Source: Gammaproteobacteria bacterium (GTDB taxonomy: Bacteria; Pseudomonadota; Gammaproteobacteria; Eutrophobiales; Eutrophobiaceae). From it: 64,000 nucleotides of DNA. Of this stretch, positions 61,474 to 64,000 are shown piece after piece. Numbering within the stretch: position 1 is the stretch's first letter; every line of letters begins with the position of its first letter. The notes below the pieces were generated by a model. It was not told the origin of the DNA. It did no database searches and was given only the letters and a program-made list of their open reading frames with translations. A program made the position numbers and the translations under genes. The stretch spans positions 3,584,001-3,648,000 of the forward strand of contig OZ220696.1 in assembly GCA_965116495.1 (NCBI GenBank), given 5' to 3'.

Positions 61474-62322
61474 TTACTGCCCCCCCGGGTTGTAGATGTC
61501 GAAGGTATACGTGATCGAGCCCAGGATGGCATCGAAATCGGCGGTATTACGGCCGTCCAGGATGCTGAACCAGTTCAGCCCCAGGCTGATCTGGTCGGTC
61601 AGGTTGAACGACCCGCCCACCGCGATGCGGTCGATATCCTCGTCGGTCTCAGGGAAACGGGCCGGGCTGAAGCCGTATCCACCGATGTCCAGGTCGCCGT
61701 CGGACATGGTCTTGTGGTAGCGTGCGGACAGGGCCAGTTTCGGCGATACCAGAAAGTAAGCGGCAGCGTTGAGGAACGTCTCGCCCGGGACATTGCGGTT
61801 GCGTTCCCGGCGTCCGACTTCGCCGGACAATGCAAACCTGTTGTGGAAGATTTTTCCGATGATCAGGGACCCTTCGAAGCCGTCCCCGCCATCGCCGACG
61901 GACCAGGGCATGCCGGTATCGTAATCACCGGCAATAATGCCGGCCACACGCACTGCAACACTGGGCGCGCCGGCCTCGCTGATATCTTCATCGATAACCC
62001 GCCAGGTAAGCCCTATTGTCGTGTCAGTCATCCCGTCGGATTCCATGCCGTTGTCCGCTTCCACCTCGGAGTGGCCGCCCTGAACGTCCAGTGCCACCGA
62101 TTCGGCCAGACCGTAGTTCAGGGTCACCCAGGTCGTATTCTGCTCGATGCCGCCGAACGGGAGACGCCGCCGGTCCTTGCCGCGATAGAACTTCTCTGCA
62201 TCCTGGTATACGTGGGAGACGCTTAAGGAACCGGACCTGGGGACAGGCAACCAAGGCGAACCCTCGCCCCAGACCGGGGTGCTGAGCGATGTGATAAGAA
62301 TGAGTGTAATAAAGTGTCGCAT
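61474..62322 (-). CDS. Putative outer-membrane beta-barrel protein
   Basis: Signal peptide, alternating beta-strand pattern, ITYTF near the C-terminus. Confidence 0.6.
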   Translation of the reverse strand: MRHFITLILITSLSTPVWGEGSPWLPVPRSGSLSVSHVYQDAEKFYRGKDRRRLPFGGIEQNTTWVTLNYGLAESVALDVQGGHSEVEADNGMESDGMTDTTIGLTWRVIDEDISEAGAPSVAVRVAGIIAGDYDTGMPWSVGDGGDGFEGSLIIGKIFHNRFALSGEVGRRERNRNVPGETFLNAAAYFLVSPKLALSARYHKTMSDGDLDIGGYGFSPARFPETDEDIDRIAVGGSFNLTDQISLGLNWFSILDGRNTADFDAILGSITYTFDIYNPGGQ

Positions 62323-62342
62323 CAGGGGTCTGCGTACCGGCC

Positions 62343-62762
62343 TCAGCCTTTGATGTTGAAACGCCGGGTCAGGTAATACTGCACCATCTCCTGCTCGTCG
62401 GGACGGCCGGCACAATCGCCGGCGTTTTCACCGGGGCACAACACGCTGATAATGGAGTCGTTTTCCGATTCCTCGAATTTAAGCTCTGCCCGCGTGCGCA
62501 GGCTCTCGACCAGGTCGGCAGCGAGGCTGTTTGATATCTGGTTACGCTTGACAGGGCACTCGGACCGGCTGCAGGCGACCTTCCTGAAGAACGCCACCTT
62601 GCCCTGTTTGTACAACTGGCCGTATTGGCTACCGACACCGCTGCTGCCGGTACTGATGGAACCGGAGGCGAGAGTGGCGGGTGAGAGCAGGGTGACCAGT
62701 GCGCTAAAACAGACAACGACATACAACAGATCTTTTATTGAAGGCTTCAGACAGATCATCAT
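62343..62762 (-). CDS. Small exported Cys-containing hypothetical protein
   Basis: Signal peptide and two Cys pairs; first gene of the minus-strand cluster. Confidence 0.6.
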   Translation of the reverse strand: MMICLKPSIKDLLYVVVCFSALVTLLSPATLASGSISTGSSGVGSQYGQLYKQGKVAFFRKVACSRSECPVKRNQISNSLAADLVESLRTRAELKFEESENDSIISVLCPGENAGDCAGRPDEQEMVQYYLTRRFNIKG

Positions 62763-62972
62763 TATCCTCTCTCTATAGAGTGAGCATGAACTTAACGAGA
62801 AACTAATGGGTTTATAAATATATCGGGATAGTGAGTCAAGGATTATTTGTTACAGAGGTTTGCGGACAACGTGATTTATGGGTGTCCTGAATTATCATTG
62901 TGAGTTTTATCACAAAAGACGACAGATTTTCTGCAGCAGAAAACGGGAACCGGATAAAATCGACAGGTATAG

Positions 62973-63007
62973 AAAAACCCGTCCCCCGAGAAGGACGGGT
63001 CGTTTTT
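62973..63007. terminator. Terminator-like hairpin abutting the tRNA-like gene
   Basis: AAAA-ACCCGTCC-cccgagaa-GGACGGGT-cgTTTTT. Confidence 0.55.
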
Positions 63008-63109
63008 GCCCGGGTGGTGAAACTGGTAAACACAGGGGACCGTCACTCCCCCGGCCTCTGTAGTACAAGCTACATGCCTTACGGGTTCGAAGCCCGTCCC
63101 GGGCAGCCA
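63008..63109 (+). tRNA. Atypical tRNA-like gene: tRNA-Leu-type body with GTC (Asp) anticodon and long variable arm
   Basis: Acceptor GCCCGGG/CCCGGGC; D-arm GTG-AAACTGGTAAA-CAC; anticodon arm GGGGA-CCGTCAC-TCCCC; T-arm ACGGG-TTCGAAG-CCCGT; 3' end AGCCA. Confidence 0.75.
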
Positions 63110-63409
63110 AAGGCCGTGTCAGTATCCTACAGGGATGGAGGGTTGTCAAACTGTTTTGGGCAACGGGTTTGAACAGGGATGAGCAGGATTTACACTGCGG
63201 GGCACGGGACGGACTCCCGCTTACAACCCTGCCTCGGGGGCCAGGGCAGGCATGCGGGGGCATGCTTGAAGTCCGCTGGATTCCTCTAATTTATGGGTGT
63301 CCCAAATTACCCTTTGCATCCGCCACATGCGTTTGACTGTTGATTCAGGTTCACCTGATTCAGGACACTCAGCACAGAGACACCCATCCCCCTCTGTGCC
63401 CTCTGTGGC

Positions 63410-63657
63410 AAACAAATAATCGTACCCGATAATAGGTTCAGCAGCCCGGGCGATGTCTTCCGATTACGCCGGGCGCGGCGGTATTCTTTTGCCGAGCATT
63501 TCCAGGGCCGCTCATTGAATACCTTGCAGTACAGGCGCATTGGACAAGACCCGGCGCAGTGGCTGCACAAACGAAGAGCGTATTTACCCGATTCTCAGGC
63601 CCGGGGAACTACCATAGCAGTCACTCCTGCCCTGGAGGCAGAGTAGCTGGTCTGGCT
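63410..63657 (-). pseudogene. SDR (FabG-like) oxidoreductase C-terminal remnant
   Basis: Across frames reads QTSYSASRAGVTAM..*ESGKY../CAATAPG../ALEMLGKRIP..*SEDIARAAE..YDY, with stops and frameshifts. Confidence 0.7.
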
Positions 63658-63729
63658 CTACCGTGAGCAGTAATTAGTAAAACCAAAGAATTCGTTTACT
63701 TCTATCTGATATAACAGGAGAAAAAAGTT

Positions 63730-64000
63730 ATGGCAACTGTACAAGAGATGATGCCTGAAGCGGCCCACAGCATCGACACCTCCTACACGATATCTGCTGG
63801 CGATGTGTTCGCAGGCGGAATTACTCGTGGCGATGAAGACTGGATTAAGATCGAGATGAGTGAAGGCAAGCAATACACCATCACTGTCGGGGGCGGTGAG
63901 GGCGGAATGCTGAACGACTCCATCCTCAAGCTGATGGACGGCAAGGGCGGCGTGATCGAGATGAATGACGATACGGACCCCGCCAACGGCAAACTGGGTT
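63730..64000 (+). CDS. N-terminus of a paralog of the 53126 RTX/PPC protein (runs off the window)
   Basis: MATVQEMMPEAAHSIDTSYTISAGDVFAG...DEDWIKIEM...DSILKLMDGKGGVIEMNDD; same leader and RBS as 53126. Confidence 0.85.
   Translation, partial: MATVQEMMPEAAHSIDTSYTISAGDVFAGGITRGDEDWIKIEMSEGKQYTITVGGGEGGMLNDSILKLMDGKGGVIEMNDDTDPANGKLG

Noticed and set aside
63008-63109. Canonical tRNA-Sec (TCA)
   Set aside because: TCA is off-centre in the 7-nt loop (the central triplet is GTC) and the D-arm is Leu-like, not the 6-bp Sec type.
63307-63570. 87-aa Cys-rich ORF as an Fe-S or zinc protein
   Set aside because: Better explained as frameshifted SDR pseudogene sequence running into repeats.

Overview
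Chromosomal window of a GC-rich gammaproteobacterium, inferred from gene content and order; the dense repeats, TA/nuclease accessory genes and RTX family resemble host-associated symbiont genomes. The core genes are an RND pump (3' end), yyaL-like, tRNA-Arg(CCG), lgt-thyA-folA, apaGH, comM/ubiK, two glnK-amtB pairs under an NtrC/sigma54 promoter, aroE, TRAP permeases, dcd-lptD-surA-pdxA-rsmA, apbC, metG, rnfABCDG, cysG, msrB, mltF and egtD. The accessory content includes an integrase-less island at tRNA-Arg carrying a large M10/FG-GAP/RTX protein, two more RTX paralogs with a shared leader, four tandem mosaic PD-(D/E)XK nuclease genes, TA modules and remnants, a glycosyltransferase/DUF547 cluster and three pseudogene remnants. 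Several palindromic repeat families fill the intergenic space, often supply stop codons and may be read in frame in lptD. The most unusual element is a tRNA-like gene at 63008-63109 with a tRNA-Leu body, an Asp-type anticodon loop, an enlarged variable arm and an ambiguous A/G discriminator. All calls come from reading the sequence; no searches were run.
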